Sequence record: PV394112.1
DNA length: 24,000 nt
Direction: 5' to 3' (one strand)
Source of the DNA: Ochrobactrum phage ZX86
Positions 6,439 through 14,370 of the stretch are shown here, in pieces. Made by a program: the position numbers and the translations under genes. The notes under the pieces are model-generated. The model made no database searches. It was not told the DNA's origin and worked only from the letters and a program-made list of their open reading frames with translations. Positions within the stretch are counted from its first letter, which is position 1. Each line of letters starts with the position of its first letter.

Positions 6439-7653
6439 TTGACCGACCTTGCGAAACTACAAAAGGAGCTGGACCGCGTAACGTCCGAAATCTTCCTGTT
6501 ACGCAGGGAAAGCTACCTTGCTCACATCCTTTGCTCTGCCTCGATTATCTTTCAGGAAGACGCAAAGACAGGCTATACCAACGGGCTAAACATTGTCGTA
6601 AACCCTAAGTTCTTCCTCTGGATGGAACCAAAGACACGAGTGTTTTTCATCGCTCATATGCTCTGGCATGTGTTGATGATGCACTCTGTCACGGGCAAAG
6701 GCAAAGTTTGGCATCTCTGGCAAATGGCCTGTGATTACTGGATCAACAATATGCTGGTCTATGAGAAGGGCTATTCACATGATGGGCTTCGCCCATGGCT
6801 GGATAGCTTCTATCAGGGCTGGGATGTCAATGACATCTATGCCGATCTGCAAAAGCGTGCAGATGCAGGCACATTGGACGATCTGGATAATCTATGGGGC
6901 TACTCAGATAGTGACGGCTTTGGTGACGTTTACGATCTGCGTCCGATGGGTGAAGCATTCACCTCTCCGGCGAATAGAGACCCATACCCCGGTGTGGTCG
7001 ATGACAATGAGGCCAAGAAGATGGTTGCTGCCATCGTCAAGGTCACTCAGTATGCTGCGCAGAACCACGGTGGTTATGCAGGGCGTGAGCCTTTCGCAGA
7101 ACTGGTTGAACAGTTCTTGCAACCCCGTATTCCTTGGGAAAAGGAGATTACTCCCTTTCTTACGGCATTGGATGGGTACGATTATACCTATAGTCGCCCC
7201 AATCCTCGCTACCGCAAGGCGTTTCTTCCGGCTCGCCAGAAGAACTCCCGTGGTGGCCTCGACCACATTGTATTCGCTGGCGACAGTTCCGGCTCCATGA
7301 CTATGGCCCAGATGGTCCGTATCAACTCGGAAGCCCGGTATGTCCTCAAGCGTTTCCAGCCGGAAAAGCTGACATTGATGAATTTCGATGACAACATCCG
7401 GCTGATCAGAACCATGACCAAAAACGATCCATTCGATAAGATGGAAGTCGTCGGTCGTGGTGGTACGGACTTACGTCCGCTTCGTGAGTGGATCATCAAG
7501 AACAAGCCCAAAGCTGTGATTGTTTTCACGGATATGGGCTGTGACGCCATGGTGCCACTGGAACCACAGGATATGGTCCCGATGCTTTGGGTTGTTTTCA
7601 ATAACCCTACCGCAACTGTGCCGCATGGCAAGATCATTCACATCAACGAATAG
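6439..7653 (+). CDS. VWA-domain protein with metallopeptidase-like N-terminus (DUF2201-like)
   Basis: MIDAS-type FAGDSSGSMT ... GGTDLRPL ... VFTDMGCDAM; N-terminal AHMLWHVLMMH corresponding to the HExxH region. TTG start. Confidence 0.8.
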   Translation: MTDLAKLQKELDRVTSEIFLLRRESYLAHILCSASIIFQEDAKTGYTNGLNIVVNPKFFLWMEPKTRVFFIAHMLWHVLMMHSVTGKGKVWHLWQMACDYWINNMLVYEKGYSHDGLRPWLDSFYQGWDVNDIYADLQKRADAGTLDDLDNLWGYSDSDGFGDVYDLRPMGEAFTSPANRDPYPGVVDDNEAKKMVAAIVKVTQYAAQNHGGYAGREPFAELVEQFLQPRIPWEKEITPFLTALDGYDYTYSRPNPRYRKAFLPARQKNSRGGLDHIVFAGDSSGSMTMAQMVRINSEARYVLKRFQPEKLTLMNFDDNIRLIRTMTKNDPFDKMEVVGRGGTDLRPLREWIIKNKPKAVIVFTDMGCDAMVPLEPQDMVPMLWVVFNNPTATVPHGKIIHINE

Positions 7654-7659
7654 TGCATG

Positions 7660-7680
7660 GGGGAGCTTCGGCTCCCCTTT
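7660..7680 (+). terminator. Terminator hairpin with UUCG loop
   Basis: GGGGAGC-TTCG-GCTCCCC followed by TTT. Confidence 0.75.
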
Positions 7681-7700
7681 GTATTACCGAGGTAATTAAC

Positions 7701-8294
7701 ATGATAATAAACGGTACTGACCTTCTCGTGGCCCATCCTATTCGCAATATGGTGCCTGATAAAATAAGAGTTCACGGGCGTTCCTACGGCCTCTCCGAAG
7801 TCGGATACGACTTTCGTATGAAACAGCGGGTACGCTTTTATCCGCCAGACGCACTCAAGCAGCGTGAATACCTCAAGGCTCTTGAATACTCTTATACAGA
7901 AGCTCTAGTGACAGCATATGAACGTGCAGTTCATGGCTACACAGTCGTAACAGATGGTGAAAACGATGCGCTCGAACTCACCTACAAACTGGGCCGAACG
8001 GCTCTCGCTTCCTCGATTGAGTTTTTCGACATCCCCAACAATCTCTGGTGCGAATTCCGCAATAAATCTACTAATGCCAGACACCACATTGATGCAGCGC
8101 TTGGTACAGACGGTGAACCGGGATGGTATGGCCATCTTACACTTGAACTCATCTTCAATGGACTGGAACCTGTTGACCTTCCAGCAGGTGTACCAATCCT
8201 CAAAGCGGTATTCCACGAAATCAAGAACAAGGCCGCATACACCGGCAAATATCAAGATCAACCCGATAGGCCGGTATCAGCTATCCTCGAATAA
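7701..8294 (+). CDS. dCTP deaminase-like / dUTPase-superfamily protein
   Basis: SEVGYDFRM, EFRNKSTNARHHIDA (RSSxAR-like), GWYGHLTLELIFNGLEPVDLPAGVPILKAVF. ATG at 7701 with GAGG upstream. Confidence 0.75.
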   Translation: MIINGTDLLVAHPIRNMVPDKIRVHGRSYGLSEVGYDFRMKQRVRFYPPDALKQREYLKALEYSYTEALVTAYERAVHGYTVVTDGENDALELTYKLGRTALASSIEFFDIPNNLWCEFRNKSTNARHHIDAALGTDGEPGWYGHLTLELIFNGLEPVDLPAGVPILKAVFHEIKNKAAYTGKYQDQPDRPVSAILE

Positions 8295-8306
8295 GGAGTA
8301 ATCACT

Positions 8307-10811
8307 GTGGAAGTTACCCACGCAAATGAATTCAACACGCACGCCATTCTGGGCGGCGGTGAAGCAGAAGTATTTGGCATTGAGCAGAATGCACAGTTCG
8401 TCACGATGCTCTCTGTCACCCTCTATTCCAACGCATTCCTTGCGGTGGCTCGTGAAGTAATTTGTAACGCGTGGGACGCTCACAAAATCTCCGATAAGCG
8501 TGATGTTCCCGTCAAGATCACGCTGGACGATAATTACCTCACTATTCGGGACTTCGGCCCCGGCATCCCGCATAACAAAATGGTCAAGACGTACTGCGTG
8601 TACGGTGGAACCACGAAACGGAAGTCAGAAAAGGAAACTGGTGGCTTTGGTCTTGGTGCCAAGGCTCCATTTGCTTATGGTGATCACTTCACTGTCACCA
8701 ACCATTATGATGGTATCATGCAGGTGCGTGCTATGTCTCGCGGTACGGAAGAAACTGGCGGTATGCCAGTGGCTCCGGTTATGGTCGAAGTACCGACCAC
8801 AGAGACAGGCGTTGAGGTCAAGATACCAATCAAGGCCCACTCCGACATCCAGAAGTTTGCCGACACTATTAGGAAGGTAGTTTACTTCGGTAATATGAAT
8901 GTCGTAATGAATGGCACCCTGTTGCCTCGTATCGACTTCCGTGGTGCCGACTTCATCATCACTCCAAAGACACCACCAACACCCGGTGGTACTCTGTATG
9001 TCCGCTATGGTGACGTAGTCTATCCGATCCCGGATGACGACTTCTATCAGGACAGCAAGAATGCAGTTGTTGAAGCCATCTCTGAAGGCGGACAAAGACA
9101 TTCTGACTGGGGCGGCTGGAGTGGTAATCTACCTGACTTCAACCTCATCATGGATGCTGGCCCTAACTCGATCTCGGTCACACCGAGCCGTGAAAGCCTG
9201 CATACCTCGACACGAACCAAGGAAACTGTTCTCGAATTGCTGAACAAGTTCCTGTCTCGCTGTAATGCGGTTGATACCCGCACACTGCTTGCAGAAGCTG
9301 AAAAGTCTGTGGTGGATAAGCTCATTGCTGATCCGTCTTATGACATTAAGGAACTTCTCTATGAGCCAAACCTATTGGCAGCATACCTCGCACATAACGA
9401 AGGCTGGGACTACCAGTCCACGCGAGAAATTGCTTTCACAGATGTGCGTAGATTTGCTTTATTTAAAGCTGCTCATGGCTGTTACGACAGTGAGTACGAA
9501 GAAACCGGCTTCACCTTCAAATACAAATTGAAGGTGGTGCTAAAGCACAAACCAGACGATGCTTATTTGTTGAGGAAACTCTTCAAACACATCAATGTGC
9601 CGCTGGTCAGCGACATTGACGAAGCTACGGCACCAAAGCGGGCTTATTACTTCGATAATCTCCATCGTCGTATGACGACAGTAGGAATTGAACCTCGGTT
9701 CTTGAAATACTGGGATCGTTATCTGAGTGATCGCCGTGATCTGCCGGTCGTTAAATACCCGGAAGACCTGACATTCCTGTTCCGTGATCTCATCGATCTT
9801 ACGAATAGTGTCATGTATTACGCCACTAATCGGACAGAGCTAAAGCGTCACGCCGAATGGCATAGACGTTACGGTCCTGTACGTGCTCAGTCTGCAAAGA
9901 ACATGCGTCGTGTGTTCTTGGCTCCAGCACGCAAGTCATTTGACCACAATCATGTGATCCAGTTCTTCCGTAAACAGGGCTACATCGTCGTTGACTGCCG
10001 TGCACCGGAAAAGCCTGCTGTAAAGCGTGCACCCGCTCCACGGGCGTCCTATGAGCGAAAGAAGAAGCCTACCGGCTGGATTAAACTGTCTGCTATCCTT
10101 GCAGGCGATACGATCAAGCTCGGTATGTTGAATAGCACTGTCACGCCGATAGACCCAAGCTGCTATGTCAAAAAGCCAAAGGCTGTGATCCGCGTGCGGG
10201 GCAACCGGAACGGTGATCGCAATGTCTTTGCTTGGTCTGATCACAAGGCCAAGATCATGGCTAAGTATTATGGCAATGACATTGTGCTGGCGCTCACAGA
10301 CGTGCAATATGCAAAAGCGCTCATGACGGGCGCTGTTGATGCGTATGAGTACATCGTAAATGACGTGATCGACTTCATCAGCAAATGCGATAGTTATGCG
10401 AAGCAGGCCAATGAGCGTTTTCATATTGAAGATGTTCAGATTGCTTCTCAGCATCTTTTCAAGCTCAAGAAATCTATTCCGGGCTTTGAAAATTTGCCAG
10501 TCACCACTACCAACCTGACAGAAATCGAAACAGACTTTTTCGATATGCTGGACGTGCTTAACCGGCACCACAACAGTTTGCGTAGTGATCTGGAACTAGC
10601 GGTCATGGCAGCGTGGGAGCAACAGTCATTGTTGGTCGATCACACCAAACCAAATCCAATTCTTGAGTTCTTGCACCCGGATTATGCAATCAGAAGCAAG
10701 ATGCTCAGCTTTGGAAGCGTGCTGGCAACAGCGTTGGATGAGGAACAAATCGACCACATCCCAACCAGAATGTATGCCACCACACTCCTGCAACTGGCAT
10801 TACTTAGGTAA
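8307..10811 (+). CDS. rIIA-like: rIIA-like protein, GHKL (HATPase_c) ATPase domain
   Basis: 834 aa, GTG start with AAGGAG. VICNAWDAHK (N-box), IRDFGPGIP, GGFGLGAKAPFAYG; followed by an rIIB-like gene. Confidence 0.85.
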   Translation: MEVTHANEFNTHAILGGGEAEVFGIEQNAQFVTMLSVTLYSNAFLAVAREVICNAWDAHKISDKRDVPVKITLDDNYLTIRDFGPGIPHNKMVKTYCVYGGTTKRKSEKETGGFGLGAKAPFAYGDHFTVTNHYDGIMQVRAMSRGTEETGGMPVAPVMVEVPTTETGVEVKIPIKAHSDIQKFADTIRKVVYFGNMNVVMNGTLLPRIDFRGADFIITPKTPPTPGGTLYVRYGDVVYPIPDDDFYQDSKNAVVEAISEGGQRHSDWGGWSGNLPDFNLIMDAGPNSISVTPSRESLHTSTRTKETVLELLNKFLSRCNAVDTRTLLAEAEKSVVDKLIADPSYDIKELLYEPNLLAAYLAHNEGWDYQSTREIAFTDVRRFALFKAAHGCYDSEYEETGFTFKYKLKVVLKHKPDDAYLLRKLFKHINVPLVSDIDEATAPKRAYYFDNLHRRMTTVGIEPRFLKYWDRYLSDRRDLPVVKYPEDLTFLFRDLIDLTNSVMYYATNRTELKRHAEWHRRYGPVRAQSAKNMRRVFLAPARKSFDHNHVIQFFRKQGYIVVDCRAPEKPAVKRAPAPRASYERKKKPTGWIKLSAILAGDTIKLGMLNSTVTPIDPSCYVKKPKAVIRVRGNRNGDRNVFAWSDHKAKIMAKYYGNDIVLALTDVQYAKALMTGAVDAYEYIVNDVIDFISKCDSYAKQANERFHIEDVQIASQHLFKLKKSIPGFENLPVTTTNLTEIETDFFDMLDVLNRHHNSLRSDLELAVMAAWEQQSLLVDHTKPNPILEFLHPDYAIRSKMLSFGSVLATALDEEQIDHIPTRMYATTLLQLALLR

Positions 10812-10824
10812 GAAAGGCAGTAAT

Positions 10825-12420
10825 ATGGAAGATAATATCCTACGGGTAAAGTCTGCCATTGTTGACGGTAAGCATGTCATTTTCTACGGCGAAGATGGCC
10901 GTACACATCGAATTGCACAGGGCGATCCTCGCCTTGAGCAGTTGATGAAAGACATTGCACCGGCATTGGCCCGTGGCGAAACCGTTCCTATCTCGATGGA
11001 ACGCTTTTGCATCTACGGCGAATTCACGAAGAAATCTGGCGGCAAGGTCGGTTTCTTCAAGGCGCTCAAAAACAAGGTGGCAAGCTTCTTCGCTCGCCCA
11101 GAACCAGAATATGAACCTGACGACACAACCGTCGAACAGGACAACATCAATATGGCTCTGGCTCGCGATCTGCATCTGTCACCAGAAGAACCAGAACCAA
11201 AGGTGGCACCTGCCCCCGTTTTGTCTGCTCCTCTTATACCAGCGCCGGTCAAGCGTTACGATGACGTTAAGGAAGACCTCAAGCCGATTGACGGTACTGA
11301 AAATTCCGATGACGCAATCGTTGCTGTGATTGACGGTGTGATCATTCCCGATGTGGAAAAGCTCACGCCATATATCAAGCACGCTCTGATGCACAACAGC
11401 ACGCAGGCAGTCTCGAACTTCCTTCAGCGTTGTGCCGCAATCATCGACTACCGGAAACACTCGGTGGAAGATATGTTCAAGTTCTTGGAAAAAGGCGATC
11501 TGCCTTTGGCCGATAACGGCGACATCATTGCGTACAAAATCCTGCGTACCAACAACAACAAGCCGCCGTTCACCTATGTTGACTGTCACAGTCGCAAGGT
11601 GTTTCAGCGGGTAGGCACCGAAGTACGTATTCCCGAAAACATGGTTGATCTCAACCGTGACCGGGATTGCTCTCGTGGCCTGCACATTGCTCGCCGTGGG
11701 TACATCGGAAGCTTTGATGGTGACGTTTGCGTCATGATCAAGCTACGTCCTGAAGACGTGATGGCTGTGCCTCACAAGGACTACAACAAAATTCGTGTCA
11801 TGGGTTATCACATCATCTTTGAACTTCCTCGCGAAGTTTATCAGGTGCTGCGTTCCAACAAACCAATGACCGATAACCCGACCGCCGCAAAGATGCTGTC
11901 TGCCGCCATTTCTGGCGATCATATCGGCATGCTCGACCGCGTGACGATCCGGGGCGAAAAAGGCACTGACCTGCTTTTTGAAGACCTCGTCAATTCGGGT
12001 GTGCCGGAGGATGCTCCTGCCATTCCAGTAGAAGCGGACACTAAGGCCGTTGCTCTGGATGAGGAGGACGCAATCGAAGGCAAACACGTTGATCCTGTGG
12101 CTCTCCAAAAGGAAGCCAAAGCGATCAAGGCCAAGAAGCCTAAGAGTAAACCAGTTCCTAAAAAGGTTCAGAAGGCAGCAGCCGGAACCAAGAAGGAAAA
12201 GGCGATTAAGCCGGTTGCTCAGGTGCTGGCAGACAAGCCTGCAAAGGCAAATGCTGTCAAAGCTACCAAGGCTGACGTTGCCCGTGCTCTCTATGAGAAC
12301 TGGGTTAACAACACCAATGAACAGACCTACGGCGAACTGATTGCCTTCCAAAAGAAGGCGAAAAAGGGCTGGGCCGTTCTTGGTTTCACGCAGGAAGAGA
12401 TCGACCTGATCAAATCCTAA
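10825..12420 (+). CDS. rIIB-like: rIIB-like protein with Lys/Ala/Pro-rich linker and small C-terminal domain
   Basis: ATG at 10825 (MEDNILRVKSAIVDG...). LADNGDIIAYKILR...YVDCHSRKVFQRVGTEVRIP...CSRGLHIARRGYI, typical of rIIB-like proteins; adjacent to the rIIA-like gene. Confidence 0.8.
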   Translation: MEDNILRVKSAIVDGKHVIFYGEDGRTHRIAQGDPRLEQLMKDIAPALARGETVPISMERFCIYGEFTKKSGGKVGFFKALKNKVASFFARPEPEYEPDDTTVEQDNINMALARDLHLSPEEPEPKVAPAPVLSAPLIPAPVKRYDDVKEDLKPIDGTENSDDAIVAVIDGVIIPDVEKLTPYIKHALMHNSTQAVSNFLQRCAAIIDYRKHSVEDMFKFLEKGDLPLADNGDIIAYKILRTNNNKPPFTYVDCHSRKVFQRVGTEVRIPENMVDLNRDRDCSRGLHIARRGYIGSFDGDVCVMIKLRPEDVMAVPHKDYNKIRVMGYHIIFELPREVYQVLRSNKPMTDNPTAAKMLSAAISGDHIGMLDRVTIRGEKGTDLLFEDLVNSGVPEDAPAIPVEADTKAVALDEEDAIEGKHVDPVALQKEAKAIKAKKPKSKPVPKKVQKAAAGTKKEKAIKPVAQVLADKPAKANAVKATKADVARALYENWVNNTNEQTYGELIAFQKKAKKGWAVLGFTQEEIDLIKS

Positions 12421-12428
12421 ACTTCAAA

Positions 12429-12454
12429 GCAGCCCCGGCTAAAACCGGGGTTGC
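12429..12454 (+). terminator. Strong hairpin after rIIB-like gene (terminator-like)
   Basis: GCAGCCCCGG-CTAAAA-CCGGGGTTGC, 10-bp stem with one G-U; no T-tract. Confidence 0.6.
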
Positions 12455-12480
12455 ATTACTTCGTAAATTAGGTACATAAT

Positions 12481-12687
12481 ATGACCACTAATGCCCGTGT
12501 TAAATCAGCGCTGACGCCGGACTTCCATAGCAAGGCTGCATACGTTGGCCGCATTACTCAGCGTGAGACTTTCACGGTTAGCGATGAGGATGGAAATCCA
12601 ATCAATGTTGAGCGAGATGTCATTATCTCGTGGGCTACAATCGAACAGGTTTTGTCCATGGTTCGGGAACGAGCCGGAATTGATTAG
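12481..12687 (+). CDS. hypothetical protein, 68 aa
   Basis: Compact ORF between a hairpin and the HTH gene. Confidence 0.55.
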   Translation: MTTNARVKSALTPDFHSKAAYVGRITQRETFTVSDEDGNPINVERDVIISWATIEQVLSMVRERAGID

Positions 12688-12695
12688 GATTTGAG

Positions 12696-13028
12696 ATGCC
12701 AAGAAAGCCAAGAGTACCTGATGAGCACATCATCCGATTGAATGATCTGGGGTTATCCCTAGAGCAGATCGGAAATATGCTCAATTACCACCCAACCACA
12801 GTGAATGCACGACTGCATAAGCTGGGGCTGACCAGTGCAGATACTCGACATGCGTTCATGGCTCGCATATACAACCGCCTCACCGAAGGACAACGAGCAT
12901 GGTTGTCAGACCAGCTTCACTTGGGCCAGCCCATTGATGCATGGTTGTCTACCCTAATTGTCGAAAAGTATAATCAACGTCATGTCAAGAAACCGCAGCT
13001 TGGAGAACCACAAAAAACAGTACCGTAA
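12696..13028 (+). CDS. helix-turn-helix DNA-binding protein
   Basis: EHIIRLNDLGLSLEQIGNMLNYHPTTVNARLHKLGL is a clear HTH/homeodomain-like pattern. Confidence 0.7.
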   Translation: MPRKPRVPDEHIIRLNDLGLSLEQIGNMLNYHPTTVNARLHKLGLTSADTRHAFMARIYNRLTEGQRAWLSDQLHLGQPIDAWLSTLIVEKYNQRHVKKPQLGEPQKTVP

Positions 13029-13158
13029 ACAGCTTACGCTACTGGTGAACCAAGTGGAGAAGCAAGCAGCCTCGGTTAAGACTGATCGGGAGAAAGCTGT
13101 TTTGCTTGAGCAGTTTTTGTTCGTGAAAAGCTCTCTCGATAAGGAATTCGATCTATGA
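12982..13158 (+). CDS. hypothetical small basic coiled-coil protein
   Basis: ATG at 12982 (MSRNRSLENHKKQYRKQLTLLVNQVEKQ...); the track start 12958 is TTG. ATGA-like junction with the next gene (13155). Confidence 0.5.
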   Translation: MSRNRSLENHKKQYRKQLTLLVNQVEKQAASVKTDREKAVLLEQFLFVKSSLDKEFDL

Positions 13159-13613
13159 ATGATCACCCGAATACGATGCAGAATACCGCCGATTGGTTCG
13201 ATAAGGCAAAGCCTATGCCTTCGACCAAAGACCTCAGCACACAGATTGGTGTGCATCTTGAGGAAGTTGGTGAAATGATGGAAAAACTTACCATCACCAA
13301 TCCTTTGCTCGCCATGGGCGTTAAGATGGCCGCTCAGACGCTGGCCAACATTTCGATGGCCATGCGTGAAGAAGATTGCGTGCAGATCAAACCGGAAGAC
13401 CGGGTTGAAATTCTGGATGCTCTCTGCGATCAGATCGTCACTGCCGTTGGCGTTGCCCACTGCGCAAACATGAAGATCATTGATGGTCTGCATGAAGTCA
13501 ATCGCTCGAACTGGTCCAAGTTCGATGAAAATGGCGATCCTATCTTGGACGAAACCCTGAAAATCATGAAGGGTCCAAATTATTCCAAACCTGACTTGAC
13601 ATTACTTGTCTAA
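13155..13613 (+). CDS. MazG/HisE-like NTP pyrophosphohydrolase-superfamily protein
   Basis: IGVHLEEVGEMMEKL ... EILDALCDQIVTAVGVAH ... EVNRSNWSKFDENGDPILDETLKIMKGPNYSKPDL, typical of phage phosphoribosyl-ATP pyrophosphohydrolase-like proteins. Confidence 0.75.
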   Translation: MNDHPNTMQNTADWFDKAKPMPSTKDLSTQIGVHLEEVGEMMEKLTITNPLLAMGVKMAAQTLANISMAMREEDCVQIKPEDRVEILDALCDQIVTAVGVAHCANMKIIDGLHEVNRSNWSKFDENGDPILDETLKIMKGPNYSKPDLTLLV

Positions 13614-13624
13614 TAGGTAAGGTA

Positions 13625-13648
13625 ATTAGGATAGTAATATATCCTAAT
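13625..13648. promoter_or_regulatory. Operator-like palindrome ATTAGGATA-GTAATA-TATCCTAAT
   Basis: Perfect 9-bp inverted repeat with a 6-nt spacer, directly upstream of the AAGGAG of the H-NS-like gene. Confidence 0.5.
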
Positions 13649-13664
13649 AAGGAGAAAGTTCACC

Positions 13665-14303
13665 ATGGATGAGACACCAGAAAACGAGGCAATCGAGCCA
13701 ACCAAATCCCTTTTTGCGGGTAATCCTTCGGCGGCAGACGATCATGCCGTTGCAGCGCTTGAAGCCATCACTCAAGTGCCTGCCCCGTATGCGTCAGACG
13801 TGGAGCTTCCAGAACCGGAAGACACGCTCATTCCGTCTTCGGAACCTGAAGATGCCGTTGCTGTCGAGCCGGAACCGATTGGGGTTCCAGTTGACGAAGC
13901 AGTTGATGTCCCTGACAATGCCCCAACAGGTAGTGTACCGGAACCAGTTGCTGAAACAACCGAACAAACTCCAGTTGCTGACGCTGAACCTGCAAAATCT
14001 GAGCCAGAAGAAGGCTCTGTCGAAGCGCTTTTGATCCAGCGTGAAGCAGTCGATAAGGCACTTGCTGAAAAGCGTGCTACCGAAAAGCGTGCAGTGCTCG
14101 ACCAGATTGCTGTCGTGGCTCGAACCTACGGCATTACGACCGCTGATATTGCGACTGTGCTTGGGAAAATCCCATCACCATCGCGTGGTACGAAAGCCGA
14201 AATTACCCACCGGGACGATGCCGGGAACACTTGGACTGGCCGTGGCCGGACACCAAAGTGGCTCAAGGGTAAAAACCCGGATGATTACCTCGTTAAAAAC
14301 TAA
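13665..14303 (+). CDS. H-NS-like DNA-binding protein with acidic N-terminal extension
   Basis: C-terminus ITHRDDAGNTWTGRGRTPKWLKGKNPDDYLVKN matches the H-NS family DNA-binding domain (E. coli H-NS ...TWTGQGRTPAVIKKA...LDDFLIKQ). Preceded by a probable coiled coil and a ~120-aa Glu/Asp/Pro/Ala-rich region. Confidence 0.8.
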   Translation: MDETPENEAIEPTKSLFAGNPSAADDHAVAALEAITQVPAPYASDVELPEPEDTLIPSSEPEDAVAVEPEPIGVPVDEAVDVPDNAPTGSVPEPVAETTEQTPVADAEPAKSEPEEGSVEALLIQREAVDKALAEKRATEKRAVLDQIAVVARTYGITTADIATVLGKIPSPSRGTKAEITHRDDAGNTWTGRGRTPKWLKGKNPDDYLVKN

Positions 14304-14324
14304 GGTAATTATCTAAGTAATACC

Positions 14325-14355
14325 AAGCCTCTCTGTTTTGCAGGGAGGCTTTTTT
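14325..14355 (+). terminator. Rho-independent terminator
   Basis: AAGCCTCTCTG-TTTTG-CAGGGAGGCTT, 11-bp stem (one G-U), T-tract. Confidence 0.88.
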
Positions 14356-14370
14356 GTTGACGGGAATGCA

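Noticed and set aside
6731-7300. 189-aa + strand alternate-frame ORF (also 1983-2180, 2184-2423, 3508-3789, 5759-5959, 5884-6204, 7954-8301, 8500-8880, 10955-11329, 12050-12340, 13669-14034, 18333-18623)
   Set aside because: Embedded out of frame in strong CDSs, compositionally shadow-like, with no motif support.
14338-14370. Upstream start of the helicase ORF
   Set aside because: It lies inside a strong Rho-independent terminator hairpin; ATG 14371 is more plausible.
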